This document shows, one piece after another, positions 10,605 through 24,045 of a stretch of DNA of 64,000 nt. Position 1 is the stretch's first letter, and each line of letters starts with the position of its first letter. This stretch comes from Raillietiella orientalis. Its lineage: Eukaryota. The stretch is taken from assembly GCA_036172245.1 (NCBI GenBank), contig JAYWIR010000028.1, positions 1,922,001 through 1,986,000 on the forward strand. The letters are read 5' to 3'. Below the pieces are notes generated by a model that saw only the letters and a list, made by a program, of their open reading frames with translations, was not told the DNA's origin and did not search any database. The translations under genes and the position numbers were made by a program.

Positions 10605-13600
10605 GCGCATTGTGCAAAGCCCTCTTTTGGCTTCGTCCACTACTTCCCTTTAATTTATTGGGTTCATTTCATTTATCTATTTGTACGTCATTATCTTTGA
10701 AACTCTCCCCATATAAGCGTCTTTCCTTTTAAACCCCTCCCAGAAAATGGGATCTTATCACCCCCGTGAAGACAAGTTGGACTTTATGACAGGCAACCGT
10801 GAAAATGCCTCCCGTGCCTACCGCTGCCACGGCACTTCGTGATTTCTCCTGCTCCCCTCCGAATGCGCTAGCATTGGGCTCTTGTGAGGAGGGTGAGCGA
10901 AACAGCGTGCCCCTTCCAGAGGAACCGTCGCCACCTAGAAAGCAAGAAGCAAAGAAGAAGAAGGAGAGAAAGAAGAAGAAAAACCCGCAGAGAGACCTGG
11001 TTGCTTTATCTTCCTCGTCCGATCGTTGGACCTCAGCGTTTAATGGGCGGCTGGCACTTTCCTTGTCTCGTCCAAACGCACACGCAAGCAGGCCATCGGC
11101 ACGACGAAGAAAAGACAGCGTCAAAAAATGCCTCATAAACACGGGCAAACAGGAATGTCTTCTTTCCGGAAAAAGGTCGGGCGCCTCTTCACCTTACTCG
11201 ATACCTCAACTGCCTTACCGTCTGTCTATGTACATGACCGCTCCTTTGTCGATCGCACATCTTGGTGTAGAGATCCATGTAAACTGTCATGGAATTTCAA
11301 CGTGTTCTCGTCACACGTAGAGAGACCGCGAAATCAAAAAGGAAGCAGAATTTTCGTGCTTCTCTCCTCGGAAACCAGCAGGAACAAACAAACAAGCAAG
11401 CATGTTGACTCGAGAAGGAAGAGAAAGAGGGGGACTCGGGGAACTGACGCATTTTGCAGCCATCATTACTGTTGATACAGACATGTACCAAACCGGCAGC
11501 CGAACGGGGTCACATGCAGCAGCTCCTTTGCCACAGATGTGTTGTTGCCCGTAGCTACCTTAGAAGCAGTACAAAGTGCGTCTGTCCCCTTCATCATCCC
11601 GCGCCGTTCTTTCTAACCAATAATCTTTCGGATTCACACAGACTATTAGACTTCGTTCCTGGCAGTCGGTCCAAGTTGGTAGCAAACATCTATGATGCCC
11701 CGATAGGAGCTTCCCAAGAAAAATTTCGAAGCATCAGCCGATGAGAATTTAGAACGCAGTATTAGAGGGCAGCGTAGCAATCCTCCCTAGCCTATGTACC
11801 AACAGATTGCTTGTCGACAGTCCACAAATAACAAGATGCTTCAAGAGCCGATGACGTTCTTTCGGATAAATCATTCGGTTTCGATGTTCGTATGCCTAAA
11901 GTCAAGCATCGGCCAATACGTCTGTAGATTCATATGTATATGTGTGCTTATATAGAAATGTATATACAGAAAGTGCCACTGCCCGTCGTGCACGCGCGTA
12001 CGGTTTTGCACGTTCATTAAAGGGAAATCGGAAATGTCGTCCCTACGTGTCTCCCAGACTCATTCTTTGAGTATTTTTGCCATTCGCCTCAACCAAGCTC
12101 GCTTCGACAGCTGGCATGCTACGAGCCTGGACACCCACGACCCTAGGGGTGAGCAACCCTTTCGGTTGCAAGGGGCCTCAGGTTGGCCACCACAGTTCTA
12201 AGAAATCCAATGAAATGTGGACGGACCTCTTCTGGCTTCCCACACACACCCTTCCCTGCTTGGAATAGGCTATACAAACCGTTGTCGAATCATCGATACA
12301 GGGAGGTTTCGGTCGGAAATCAAGCCAAGAACAAACCTTCTTTAATGATCCTGAGCTCTGAATGGATGCCTGCCACCGATGAGAAATGGCGCTTGAAATG
12401 AATGGACAGAGCTAATGCTCTAGGGATACTCCAGACGCGTTGTTTCCGGAGAGCTCCCAGATTCGTGCAAACTCTGTTGAAACAGAACGAACCGTCTCCA
12501 GAAGGAGTGAGGTCGCCGAATGCCTGCACTCTCTGAACTGCTCACGAAATGCCTCGGTGTGGCCAGAGAAATGGCTGCTGTTCAAATGATAAAATGGCTG
12601 CTCGTAGATGAGCGGCGGTATGGAAAGTCTTCTTGCAATGGTCACGAAGTTTCTGCTTTTGAAAGAATGACGCATAAAAGAAGAGAGAGCAAGCATGCGT
12701 ATTTTTTTTCCAGAGCCCAGAGCGAGAGTCCAAGAGGATGACGGAGCACGAGCTGCCCTGCAACATAATGAATGAATTATTAGAGAGAAGGAATGAGCGT
12801 CGATGTGACAAGAACGTCAAAGGAAATCGCGGCTATGACGTCGGATTGGGGAGTAGGAACCTACGGATGGAATCGTTCAGAAACGGAAAATGAATAAGGA
12901 AAGAGCTGAACACAAGGAAGCGATAAAGAATACATGCGTGTGTGATCTCGCCTAGCATGATAGGTTTCCTGGAAATGTCACAGAGGCGGTCCTGAACATC
13001 ACAGCAAGTTCACTACCGTGTTTTCAGGATAAAGAACGAGACGACAGGAGTTAGCTAAAAGCTCCATTCCCAAAAACTGGCACTCCCTCCCTATTGGTGG
13101 GAACTGTTTCACTCGGCCTGAAATCCACAGATATTCTTTCTCGTTCTTGCATGCACACCATCACGGAACAGAGGAACAGGAAGAATAAGAGGCCCGACGC
13201 GAGCACAAACGTGGGATTCAAGTGGAGCCTTCAAAGAGCACTTTTTTTTCTTGAGACCAACGCTTTCCCAACATCTGGTAATAAGCAGGTCATGCCTCGT
13301 GCATCCACGGATAAATTCGAACGACCTCACTCGACACTTCTTGCTGGTACGACACTGCTTGTTGGTACCTCTCAACATCGCCGGAAAAAGTGCTCTGAGA
13401 CCTCTCCGTGTTTCCATCTTGATCCCGACAAATCTGTTCGACAGTCAGTTCCCGAAGGAAGGAGAGGGAAAAGACAGGAAACATTCCGAATTCTAGAACG
13501 AACGTCCCAGGATGGTGGATTCTAGGATTCTAGGATTTCTCATCTACCTTCACAGAAGACTCCGTAAACAAAAAGAAGCCTCTTCCCCTCTCCCTCAAGA

Positions 13601-14578
13601 GAGAGAGAAAAAAAAAAACGATGATCCTCAATTGGAAACTCAGGCGAGATGGAGCGTAGTAGCTTGATATGGCGCAGACCTCTGATGGCCGACGACGAAA
13701 GCAAAGCAAATTCCATCTTTCCCGGACTCTTTTAGAAGTTCCGGGGTTTGTAGAAGAGGAAGTGTGTGTTCGCAAATCGGTGACACAGATGAAAACCGCT
13801 TCCCTAATACATTACATCCGTTCGTTCGTTGTTTATCTACGTGTACACGCATCATGGCTACATGCGAAAGATGCAAGGCATCTGAATCCAATCTTCAATG
13901 GGAAGGAAGGCATGCGAGGCAGTCGGATGTCTGTCTCTTCATGAAGAGGCCGTCCTGCGCTCCTCTGAAACGCAGAGTGAATGATGCTGTTGGACGCTGA
14001 TGCCGATGGAAGCACAAAGAGCTAGGTCACCACTTCTCCAGCTTCCCGGTCGACTCATAGGTGTTTGCTGTAAAGAGAACCAGAGCTCACCTATGGGAGA
14101 CTTCGACGTCCTTGGATCCTGCTGGGACACCGGAGCCCTTCAGTTTGAGGACCGTCCTTTAAGACATGCGAAGGGATACCCTGAGATGAGGAGGACCATG
14201 GCAAGCGAAGCAACCACGCTCACAGCGTCAAGGATGTCGTGCACGCGGTTTCGCACACGCTTCCCAGGAGGGGGGAGAGCTAACCCGCCCCACTTTGGGA
14301 CCTAGAGCGCCCACGGAGTGCCCATGGCTTCGCTCCTCCTTCTGTGTCGCGCTTTCCTGAAGTTCGGGTTTTCCTCTTGCCCGAATGGAAAGGAGGGAAT
14401 CACTCTTCTGATCACGACGAGGCAGAGGTGATCCACCAGTGGCAGCCATTCAGAGCAACTTTCGCGCGCCAAAGAGTTCGAAAAAGAAGCGGGTATTTGC
14501 TTTCTCGGAATTCTCCGAACGGGAGTGGGGAAGGGAGCGAAACGTGCTGAAAGTTGTTCTTTCACTCGCAAGAGCTGT

Positions 14579-15102
14579 ATGGATCACTACTATGATCTTC
14601 TCCCTGAAACCTCTTCGGACGGCACAGAATGGATGGAATACGACGTGATAGCAGGCTTCAGGGTGTGGCACGTCCTGTTCCTATGCGGCGCCGGAACGAT
14701 GATCCTGAGTAGGTGAAACCCGTGAGTTTCCCCCCTCCATCCCTAATGAGCTTCTCGTCTAGTCATAGCCGTCTGCTGCTGCTGCCGAATCCGCATCCCC
14801 AGGACCAAGCAAGAGATTGAAGCGGACTACGTCAGGAAAAAGATCGTGTCCAAGTTCCGCAAGAAGCTGAAGGCGCTGAGCAACGCAGACCTGGATGAGA
14901 TCAACTTGAGGAAAGGTAGCCTCTTCCCTACTCCTCTCAATTCCTCCTGCTGAGCGGCATCTTCTCCGAAGCTCTGGAAAAGGTCAGGAGTGAGTTCTTG
15001 TCGGACACCGAGAGTCTGGCGCTCTCGGATGGAGTGGCATCCATCAGCATGAGCAGCAGCAGCTACCGCAGCAACAAGACGGTAGATGAAATGGGTAAGT
15101 AG
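14579..15102 (+). CDS. TMIE: TMIE-like (transmembrane inner ear expressed) single-pass membrane protein, ~137 aa, 3 or more exons
   Basis: Exons 14579-14708, 14763-14915 and 14972-15102, with GT-AG introns of 54 and 56 nt (both phase 1). Spliced product: MDHYYDLLPETSSDGTEWMEYDVIAGFRVWHVLFLCGAGTMILIIAVCCCCRIRIPRTKQEIEADYVRKKIVSKFRKKLKALSNADLDEINLRKALEKVRSEFLSDTES... The pattern RVWH - hydrophobic helix - Cys cluster - RIPRTKQEIEADY matches the TMIE family signature (vertebrate RLWH...CC...RVPRTRKEIEARY). The 3' end is uncertain: a perfect GTAAGT donor at 15095 may lead to a further exon instead of the TAG at 15100-15102. An upstream exon is also possible. Confidence 0.85.
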
Positions 15103-18100
15103 AACGAGGAGCAAGACGACGGGATCCACGAGCGAGTATTCCTGGATAAATGGGGTCATCTAGCTAGACACCTTTCAAGGCGCAAACTGGCGCTTCGTTG
15201 AGGAGCACGAACGCGCATGCGCCATCGCGATGTCGGCTCAGTTGCGTCCAGCTGAGCTGCGCTCACGGTGACAGGGAAAAAAAGCAGGAAACCCCGGTGC
15301 TTCTCCTTCGGGTTTGCACACTTTGTTCGCGGGACATCGAAAAGTGCCGGATTCGCGCTCCGCATCCGGAGTTTCTTCTCAGAATCCGTCTGCATCTCTC
15401 CCCTTGATTAAACGGACGGTCCATGGGGGAATTCTCGGAGGCTGACTCTCTGAGGTCTCGAGGGTTCGCTAACGGCTGCCTACTTCTTACAGCTTCGTGT
15501 ATCAAACGCATCCGTTTTTCCTCTACCTCTCTCTCTCCTAGTTTATTGATGCCAAAAGTGTTTAAAAATTGCTCTAGTCAACTACCTCCGTTTTTCTGGA
15601 AACAAAGCAACGCATAGGCTTTCAGCTTTTCCTTGTGATCTCGGTACCTTAATGTTTGCTTAATTGGAAGTTGGATTTTTTTTTTTTTTTTGAGAGCTCT
15701 TGGAGGAGCTCTTCGTCTACACTTCTGTCCTTTTTTGATGCATTGGGCAGCGTCTCGACGAAAGCCATCGAAAGTTTGGTTCTTCTGAGACGTTAGTGCT
15801 GCTCCTCAAAACCCTCTTTGATATTTTCTTCCTCATGACGCAAGGGAGTCCAGTTTTTACTTTCCGATCTCTTCGTAAGAGTACAGCATGGTTACCGTCC
15901 CTCAGATTGCATTCGGCTGGGCCAAGACTTTATCATCAAACTGAGGTTAGGCTCGCATCTAGAGATGCCTGCCCACTCGGCTCGTTCATCCTCAGGAACC
16001 TTAGTCTGGTCAAGCGGAAGATGCGTTCATCTGGCGATGCGTATTGCGAGGAACTGATTCCCGGTACGCTGAAACGGAAGTGGCTCGTCTTTTCCGGGTC
16101 CGGACACACTCGCGTGATTCTCGCAGGATCACTGAAGTCTGTGTTCTTTCCGTCTCCTTCCCTCGGTACTCAGCGCTCTCCTCCTCCTCCTCCTCTCTCA
16201 AGTAGGTGATCCTCTCCTGGATGCTGAATGCTCGCGCTGCCGGAATGACATTTCCGGAGTGGCAACCGACTGTCTGCGCTTTCGGAGGTAGTGTTCCTAG
16301 GTCCTGCTCCCTTTCTCCACGTCATCAGGAACGGACAGTCCGCCTGCCAACACAGGAGCAGTTCCCGCGGGTCCCTCGCAGCAGGGGGAGTTCTCGAGGG
16401 CTCGCGGTGCCGCGGGCACCGGGATGGCTGCGTCTCTTCCAGAGGCTCTTAAGAGACCGCACGCAGAACCGACCGCATCGGTGCCCTCCGTGTCGGACGT
16501 GCCGGGAGCACGACTGGAGGGCAATCGAAGCGTTCCCTCCCGTAGGAGCAGTCGAAGGAGTGAAACTCCCTTTCCGGATCAGCGGGGAAGCGCCGCGAGC
16601 CTCTGGGTAGTGGAGGACCGCAGCGGTGACTTCCCTGATGCGGATCGACAGTCAAGAGATCCGTCGCCTGGACACGGTTGGAGGTCAGGAAGATCTTCCT
16701 CATCCTCCTCAGACGGACCGACATCCTCCGAGAGCGCGCATCTTTCCCGGAGGGCGCCTGCTGCGAGTAAGAAGACCCGGATGCAGCGAAGGGATCCATC
16801 GCTTTTTTTCTGCTTGGCTTCGACTGCTCCAGTGACGCGCGCCAAACTTCTTGTCAAGGAGCAGCTCGGCGGCTTCTCTCCATTCCTTTTCCCTCGCGCC
16901 CCCGAGCGTATCGCTGAAGAAGACCCGGGTCGTAGGGGACCCCTCAGTTATTTTCCTTTCCCAGCATCCGGGCAAAGTGCCTCACCGCGGATCCATCGCA
17001 ACGGCGAGATCTAGACGATCTTTTTTGGGCCGAAGCGTATCGGTTTGAAGGAGAAGGAGGAGGGGGACGGGAGGGCAAGGTGGTGGCGGTCGATCTCCCC
17101 AGCATCAGGCGGATTCGCAACGCTATCAGAAGGCGACGCCGATTCCTGCCGTTGCCCGATGCCGCCCGATGCCGGCGTGACGGTTTCCAGGGACTCAGCC
17201 TGCACGAGCGGGGAGCCTTCCACAGAGGACATCGGTGGCAGCGACCCTCTGACCGCGGTACCTCCTCGCAGTCAGTGCGGTCACCGAAAGTTCCTCCTCT
17301 TCCTACCTTGCTCTCCCCGAGACGAAATGAGGCAGCTGCGCACCGGAGGATGCGCTGGACCAGCATCTCCCTCACCTCCGCGGGGGTTGGATCGGTAGGA
17401 GAGGCCAGCGCGCGGAGGGAACGGGCGGCGAGCGCGTGACGTAGTCACCTCCCCATCGTCATGGGCACGGGTGCCCCCCGTCCACGCAGCGCGAGATCGA
17501 TCGAGCCACTCCGCTCCCGGGCTCCAGAGGGAGGGGCATCCCGCTGCCGCCCTTCTCTTCCGGAGGGGACGCGCGCGCGTGAGAAGGGTGGTGGAACCAA
17601 GGGGCGTGTCCGTCGCCGCCCTCCTCATCCACCTCCCCAGTCGTCTGCCGCCTCGGGTCGCGGGGAGCTTCCCGCCAGTCTCCAAGCCGATGACGGGATT
17701 GGGCGGGAAGGTCACCGTCGCCTTCTGCTGACACTCGGAGTCCGCCCCGTGCTGGAGAGATCGGGAGAACTGGAGATCCCCGGGGGTGCGGGGAGGAGGG
17801 AGAAATGTCCGTTGCGACCTCTGGGCCCCGCGGCGGCGCTGAGGGCACGAGGGAGGCATCGTCCGGGAGCAGCGGGAAAGAGATAGATCACCGCGATCCC
17901 TGGATTGCCGTCTCCCCGGTCGGCCTGGAGGGAGATGCCTCCTTCCCCTCCCTCCAGGACTCACCCCCCGCGGGGATCCGCGACGGGTGCCGACCGGGCG
18001 GCGGCAACAGTGCGGCGCGCGCGCCGCACGGGAGGCTGGGAAAGGATCGATCCTGAATCGACGCTCCTCCCTCCGTCCCCTCCCTCGCGGCGAGGGAGGG

Positions 18101-21100
18101 GACGGAGGGGGGCTGCGTGAAAACGCTCGTTCTCGTCCTCGCCGCCACCGCTTTCGGGTGCTGGGGTCAAGCCTGCTCCCGGAAAGGGAAACTCGGGAGA
18201 AAGAGGGAGGCCGCACCCTCCCCCTCTCCCTCTGCTTGCTGGAGGGTGGAGTGGGGAGGGTTTTGCTGCTTACACCCCCAGTAGGTCGGGGAGGCGACTT
18301 TGCCTGGGACGAGAGGGGCTTCCCGCCCCTCCCGTTCTTCTCCTCAGGGATCGGAAGGGGAGGCCTAGAGACCACCGGAAAGAAGACCCTCAGGAGGAGG
18401 AGGGGGCAGCGACGACGGCTGCGGATCGGTGGAGAAAAGGGGGCAGGGAGCTCCCCAGAGTCAGGGAAGCCGCGCCCTCCTCCACGAGAGAAGGATCGGT
18501 TGCTGGGGTATCGCGCGGGAGCGCGGAGACGCAGGAGCCAGAGACAGAGGGCAGGCGGAAGCTGCCCTGCGCCTCCCACGGCCTGACGGCGCGGGGACGT
18601 GAGGGGCTGCATTGCTGCGCAACCCTGCCGGACGGCCACTCTGCAGCATCATGGCGCGGGCTCTCCCTCGGCCCGCCCCAGGCGTCCTCCAGAGCTCGAG
18701 GAAGGGGGGCGAGAGGCCCGCAGAAGGGGAGAGGTCGCCGCCGCCAGCTTGGACTCTGCGCAGGGAGGCGAGCGAGGCAAGCGGAGTCCCCGGGGCAGAC
18801 GCGTGAGAGGGGGAATCAGGGAAGCGTTCCAGACCGGACGCAGAGGCGCGCGAGATCACGCTCGAGGCGTTGGCCGTGGTTACCTACATCAGCGGCATCT
18901 GTTTTCTTCTTCCCGAGAGGGAAGAGAGAAGGGGGAGGGAGCAGTAGAATGAGGCAGTCGCCTCGGCAACAAGAGTTCAGTAGCCCGGCTTGACGTGGAG
19001 GAGCAGCAGCCCCGAGCGAGATAACGGATGGGGAGGCTACTCGTGCGGGGCGCGCGTTCGTTGCACGAGGGTCCGCATAAGGGCAGGGAAATGACGTCAC
19101 GCGAACCGACGTTTCGTTCGTACCGCGGTGATCCGAAAGTGCGTGAACCCCAGGACCACCGATCTCTCCGATCCAACCTCCTGCCGACCTTCGACCGGAG
19201 AAAAAAAAAAGAAAAGAAAAGAAAAAGAAAAGAGAAAAAGGCGTCAACTGCCTTTTTCATCAGACGAACCGTCGACCTACGCATCTTGAAATCGCCATAG
19301 TTGGAAGGAACCATGGGCACTCTATATTTTGCTATATAGCATATATAAAAGATGCCTTTGCCTTTAATAGAAAAACGCTTTAAATAAAGAGTGACCTGGC
19401 ATTGATAGATTATGATATTTTTAATATTTTATGATTGTCGTAAGAAAAGTTTTCTTTCCCCCTCGTGGGTCGCGATGCGGACTGTTCGGATAAGCGGATG
19501 GTGACGACGACGCTCGGGCGTTCGAAACCGCGTGCTCCCGTTACGAGCCCCCTGGTCGACCCGTGGGCCCAGAAGCCCAGCGTCAAGGGCGACTCCTACC
19601 CCTACCCCTTGCACCCCATTCTGACCCTTGCTGAAAAGATGCGTGTTTCCTGCGGGACCCAATCCGAGCTCACGGAGCACCCCGCAAGAATTTCTTTCTT
19701 GAGTATGCATCCAGCAACCCCTATCGAATTGGGAGCACCGCGACCCAAGCGCCGAAAACGAACACCTATTCGTGTGTGCACTGGATCCTGGTAGTGCTCG
19801 GGTTGTCTAGTAGTGAAAGTTTTTGTTAACCTGCGTCAGAGTGACCTCACGGAATGAAACCTCTTTCCGAAGTGAGCAGTGACGCGCTCGTGATGCTGCA
19901 TCGCATTCTTAGAAACGGTGTCTATCCCTCGTCTTCCCCGGACCTTTGGCTGTAATGCGGAAAGTGCTGCGCAGGAACACCATCCCTGGATTCACACCGA
20001 ACCAATCCTAAGAAAACAACAGATACAACGTGCTCAGACTGCCTCCGCAACCATCTTCGGTCACGTGCTGATCCTTCCTGAGATTTGGAAATGCACCACT
20101 CCGAAACATTTAGCTTTTCGAGTACGCAGCGCGACGAAGCTCTCCAGTCGAACCGCGGCTCGACCAAACTGCAATCGGGCGGCATTTCTGTTTATTTTTC
20201 TCTGTCTTTATATCGAGGACTTCCATTCCAGGGGCCGAAAAAAGTACTCCATTACCACTCAATCACGTAGCGTGATCGGTACTGGAATTACCCCCTAGGC
20301 TGCTTCCGGTACGTTGTCGGCTTGCAGGAGCGAAGCCACAACGCGACTTTGAGGATTATGTAGCATTACATGACCAGACTCACACGGCCTGGGCACAGCT
20401 ACCTATGCATGTGCTTCGGGGTCAAAGTTCAGTTCAAGTCTCCTTGAGAAGTTCTCACTACCAGCTTTACCGGAGTGCCCTTTGTCCAGCTTTCGTTTGC
20501 TTCGGCCTCTTATGCAAGAGCAGCAGCCGGTCGAAAAAGAGTTCTTCGTGTACCTCGAAATTTCCTGAATTTAAAATGCCTTCCGGAATCCTTGGACACG
20601 TAGGTATTGTTTTCGAGTCCGTGACCTCGAAAGGTTTTCTCCCCATCTGAAAAGGAACTCACAAAACGGTAGTCATGCCCGTTTCAAGTCCATCACGATT
20701 TTTTTTTCTTTTGAAGAAAAAAAAAAAAAAAAGAAGCAATGCAGAAATTTGTTCCCGGATTCATTCACAAGATTAACAGTCCCAATTTTTTTCGCGTGTG
20801 TGCAACGGGCAAGTGTGATTTTTGTTTTCCAATGGATCTTTCAACTCTCGGCATTATATGTCAACTTGCATTCTTGAAAGAAAGAAAAGAACTTCAACAC
20901 GCCTGCATCATTTACAGAAAACACAAAATGCATTTCCCTAATCACTCGCGGCACGCAACTTGGATTAGTCGGCCCTGGAAAGTCTCCTGACTTTTACACG
21001 GTTGATGAAATTTATTGAATGGTTTTGATTTTCCTTCCTTCCGCCTTGCAGCCAGCTGAGGGTTTGGCTGCTCGTGAGGGCATCAGTTCGTTGACCCTTT

Positions 21101-22017
21101 TTACCCCGTTATTCCTTGCTCGGGACGAAACCTTTCCAAAGTGGACCGGAAAGCACACTTCGGACCCGCGGGAGAAAGAACACGTGCTCTTTGTGAAGAG
21201 CACACTTTCATCCCGTGGGAGCATTTGCTGATCCGGTGGAAACCACGAAGTTGACTTTCGCGTATGCATCAACTTCGGTTTTCTATTATCTCGACTCTCT
21301 TTTCAAATATGTTCGCAACCACTTCCTTCCCGTGATCTGAAACCTCTCCATTTGTATGATTCGCAAAGCACAGCGGCACGAGAACTGCAAAACTAAAAGT
21401 TCTCATCTTTTTTTAAAAAATTACAATTTAAAATGCATGTTGAAACTCGATACTCATTTTTCCGTTGCTTTGATACCACGAACAAAAACCAATTATGAAA
21501 ACTTTTCAATTCAACTTTGCTCCTTCGCTCTTTCTCGTTAGCTTGAACACGTTTTCGTCCAACAGACCACTTTTGCAGTATTCGGCCTTTTCACTTTCTT
21601 AATCGTAATTTCTTGCCATTCGTGATTTCTGTTCATTTTAGGAATCAGCATTGACGACTTTGCGATTGAGAAGCTCAAGAATTACAAAAGAGCATTGCAA
21701 AAATCGAAAAAGCAGCACCGCATGAATCCAAAAAGATGCATGGTGTGATTTCTGGTAATGATTGTTGCCTTCACTTTAAATAAAAGGAACAAAAAGAAAA
21801 AAAAAGAGTTGAACCATTTTATTATGGCAAATATAACTCTGATGCTTGTAAAAAGAAGTGACTGAGCAGCAACAATCCTACCCCAACAAGGGTCTGCTCT
21901 GGCAGTGAAGCAGCACCCAACAACACATAACAGAAACATAAGAGAGGTAGGGGAAGATGGCATCCAGGTGAACAGCGGTCAGTGTCAACCAGGAAATATG
22001 AACTACTAACAATAGCT

Positions 22018-24045
22018 CTAACTATTGGACGTTCCGGGAAGGGGAGACATGGGACTTGATAGCCGACTATCCATTGGGCAACCATTGAGGGTAGCCATGA
22101 GCTTACGGGAACCAGCATTATTCCGATGCTCACAAAGCCAGATGCCTTGCCAAGTCCCCAGGTTAAGGTGTCCCTTAGTAATTGGGATGGTCAATGAAGC
22201 ACCCAAAAAACAGGCTTTGACGTGGGCAGGCTACAGAGAAAAGTCCACTACTGTGCACAATCATCATACAAGCACACTTACCATGTCATCTGGGCCTTCA
22301 CATGAATGCCGGTATGACATGCCCTGTAAACACACCACATCAAGAATGGATAACACAAGCACAATCCTTTGTGCCCATTTGTAATAAAGAACTCACCTCA
22401 GGCACTATCTTGTTTAACATCATCTCCATATCTTCCCTGGAAGAGAACAGCTGTGAGACCTTCACGACTTGCCCCAGTTTGGAACCTCCCAATGGCCTAC
22501 CTCACATCTGGATCCCAGTTTTCATTCAGAGCCAAGCTGGCAGATGTATGCAATACTGAAGGAAATCATACAGTTAGTAGCACAAAGCAACCCCTGAATC
22601 CCTCAACACTCTTGCAGCCCTCTATGCATTTTATTATCTCCATAGAAATCCAAAGTACAATGCAGAGTGACAACCTACAATTAAAAATGCAATCTAGGAC
22701 CCCAAATATCAGTGAGGCAAAACAGGCTTTTTACAGTATCCAAAGAGTTAAATGAATAACAGCAAGACTTTTCCAAAAACCTCTAAAAAATTCTTTTTCC
22801 TACCAGACATTAAGCACAAGGAACATAGCACAAAAAGCTTCTCAACAAAAACAAAAAACAGCTATCCACAGCACTATGCAAATGACAGAAACCATATATT
22901 GCTCGTGCCTAAAGTAACCTATGCATTCTTTAAATAGAATCTGCTTTGAAGGCAAATGATAACTCCCTAAAACCGGAAATGAATCTGTCTTTTACCCTTT
23001 TATTCAAACAAAACAAAACAAAAGACCATCTACACAATAAGTTTCCCTACAACATTTATTCTTCATTAGTGAAATCTCTCCAATGCTAATATTATCACAT
23101 CACTTGAGCAGGCAACAGACTAGCAAAATATGCTCAATGCTGGACATTATGCAAGTAAAACAAGACATTGAATTCTCCAACGAAACTTAAGATCAAAATT
23201 CTAATGCATGCACATACATTGATAAGAGAGTTACCAAAGTAATACATTCTTGTTTCCACATGTGAAACTGCAAATGTACATAAAAATGCAAAGACAGTTA
23301 GGTAACAGATCATTGCCATGATTACACACACAAGTAATCTAAAATGCAAATGCGATCACATGACATTAAAAGGGATGCTTTCAAAGTAAACACTGTATAA
23401 CTTAATAATTCGTGCTTTCTACTGGGTAAATTTGGTAAATACTCACGGGGAACGTGGGCTTGTCACATAAAAATAAATAGGAATTACGACATAAAGCAAC
23501 CCAGGAAACATGAAAACAGTGACTGTACCGGTTCTCGGAAAATAATATTCGCTCTCCTGGATTGATTTTGACTTGTGTTAATTGATAGGAAACATTTTTC
23601 ATATGCAACCGCACTTCAGATTATTACGGCAAATACATATCTAATAACCAAGCAAGGAAACATTGCAAATTACGTTACTGACCAGGAAGAAAAAAACCGC
23701 ACATTTTTTTTTTCTTTTTTTCTAAACAAAAAAAAAAAAAAAAAAACATTTACAATCAAATAGGAAACTATGCTGTGCAACACGGTTGGAACTTGTTCCC
23801 ACAGGAAAACTGTCTGTTACAGAGAATCGTCGATATCAGAAATCAAACTTACTTTGCAAATGTATTAAACCAACAGAGAACTGCTTTATCTCGGGGACTT
23901 GCCGGATCACCTCATCTGTTATCAAATGGATCCCTCTGTGCTGAGGTCTCAGATGAATCCTTCTTTGAAACCAGGCATTCCCAAAAATTATCCCACTTGC
24001 ACTGTTACTTCTCAATTCCTTGCTTCCCCTAACATCGGACGCCAT
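22018..24045 (-). CDS. yjbQ: UPF0047 / YjbQ-family protein (secondary thiamine-phosphate synthase-like), 180 aa, 5 exons
   Basis: Minus-strand exons 24045-23853, 22555-22501, 22436-22397, 22323-22282 and 22230-22018. All introns are GT-AG and the 543 nt CDS stays in frame. Product: MASDVRG...AWFQRRIHLRPQHRGIHLITDEVIRQVPEIKQFSVGLIHLQILHTSASLALNENWDPDVREDMEMMLNKIVPEGMSYRHSCEGPDDMPAHVKACFLGASLTIPITKGHLNLGTWQGIWLCEHRNNAGSRKL... It contains the family motifs HTSASL.NEN.DPDVR, H..EGPDDMPAHVK and LGTWQGIWLCEHR. A minus-strand AATAAA lies at 21818-21823. Confidence 0.93.

Noticed and set aside
10799..11320. 173-aa ORF with a Lys-rich run
   Set aside because: The Lys run derives from an (AAG)n-like simple repeat and no homology was recognised.
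17281..18639. 452-aa minus-strand ORF and many overlapping ORFs in 16200-19300
   Set aside because: The DNA is very GC-rich and open in several frames on both strands. The translation is Arg/Pro/Gly-biased with no recognisable domain, typical of chance ORFs.
19091..19100. CRE-like palindrome TGACGTCA (also ~52112 and ~58143)
   Set aside because: An 8-mer at this frequency is near chance level in 64 kb, and no linked transcription start could be established.
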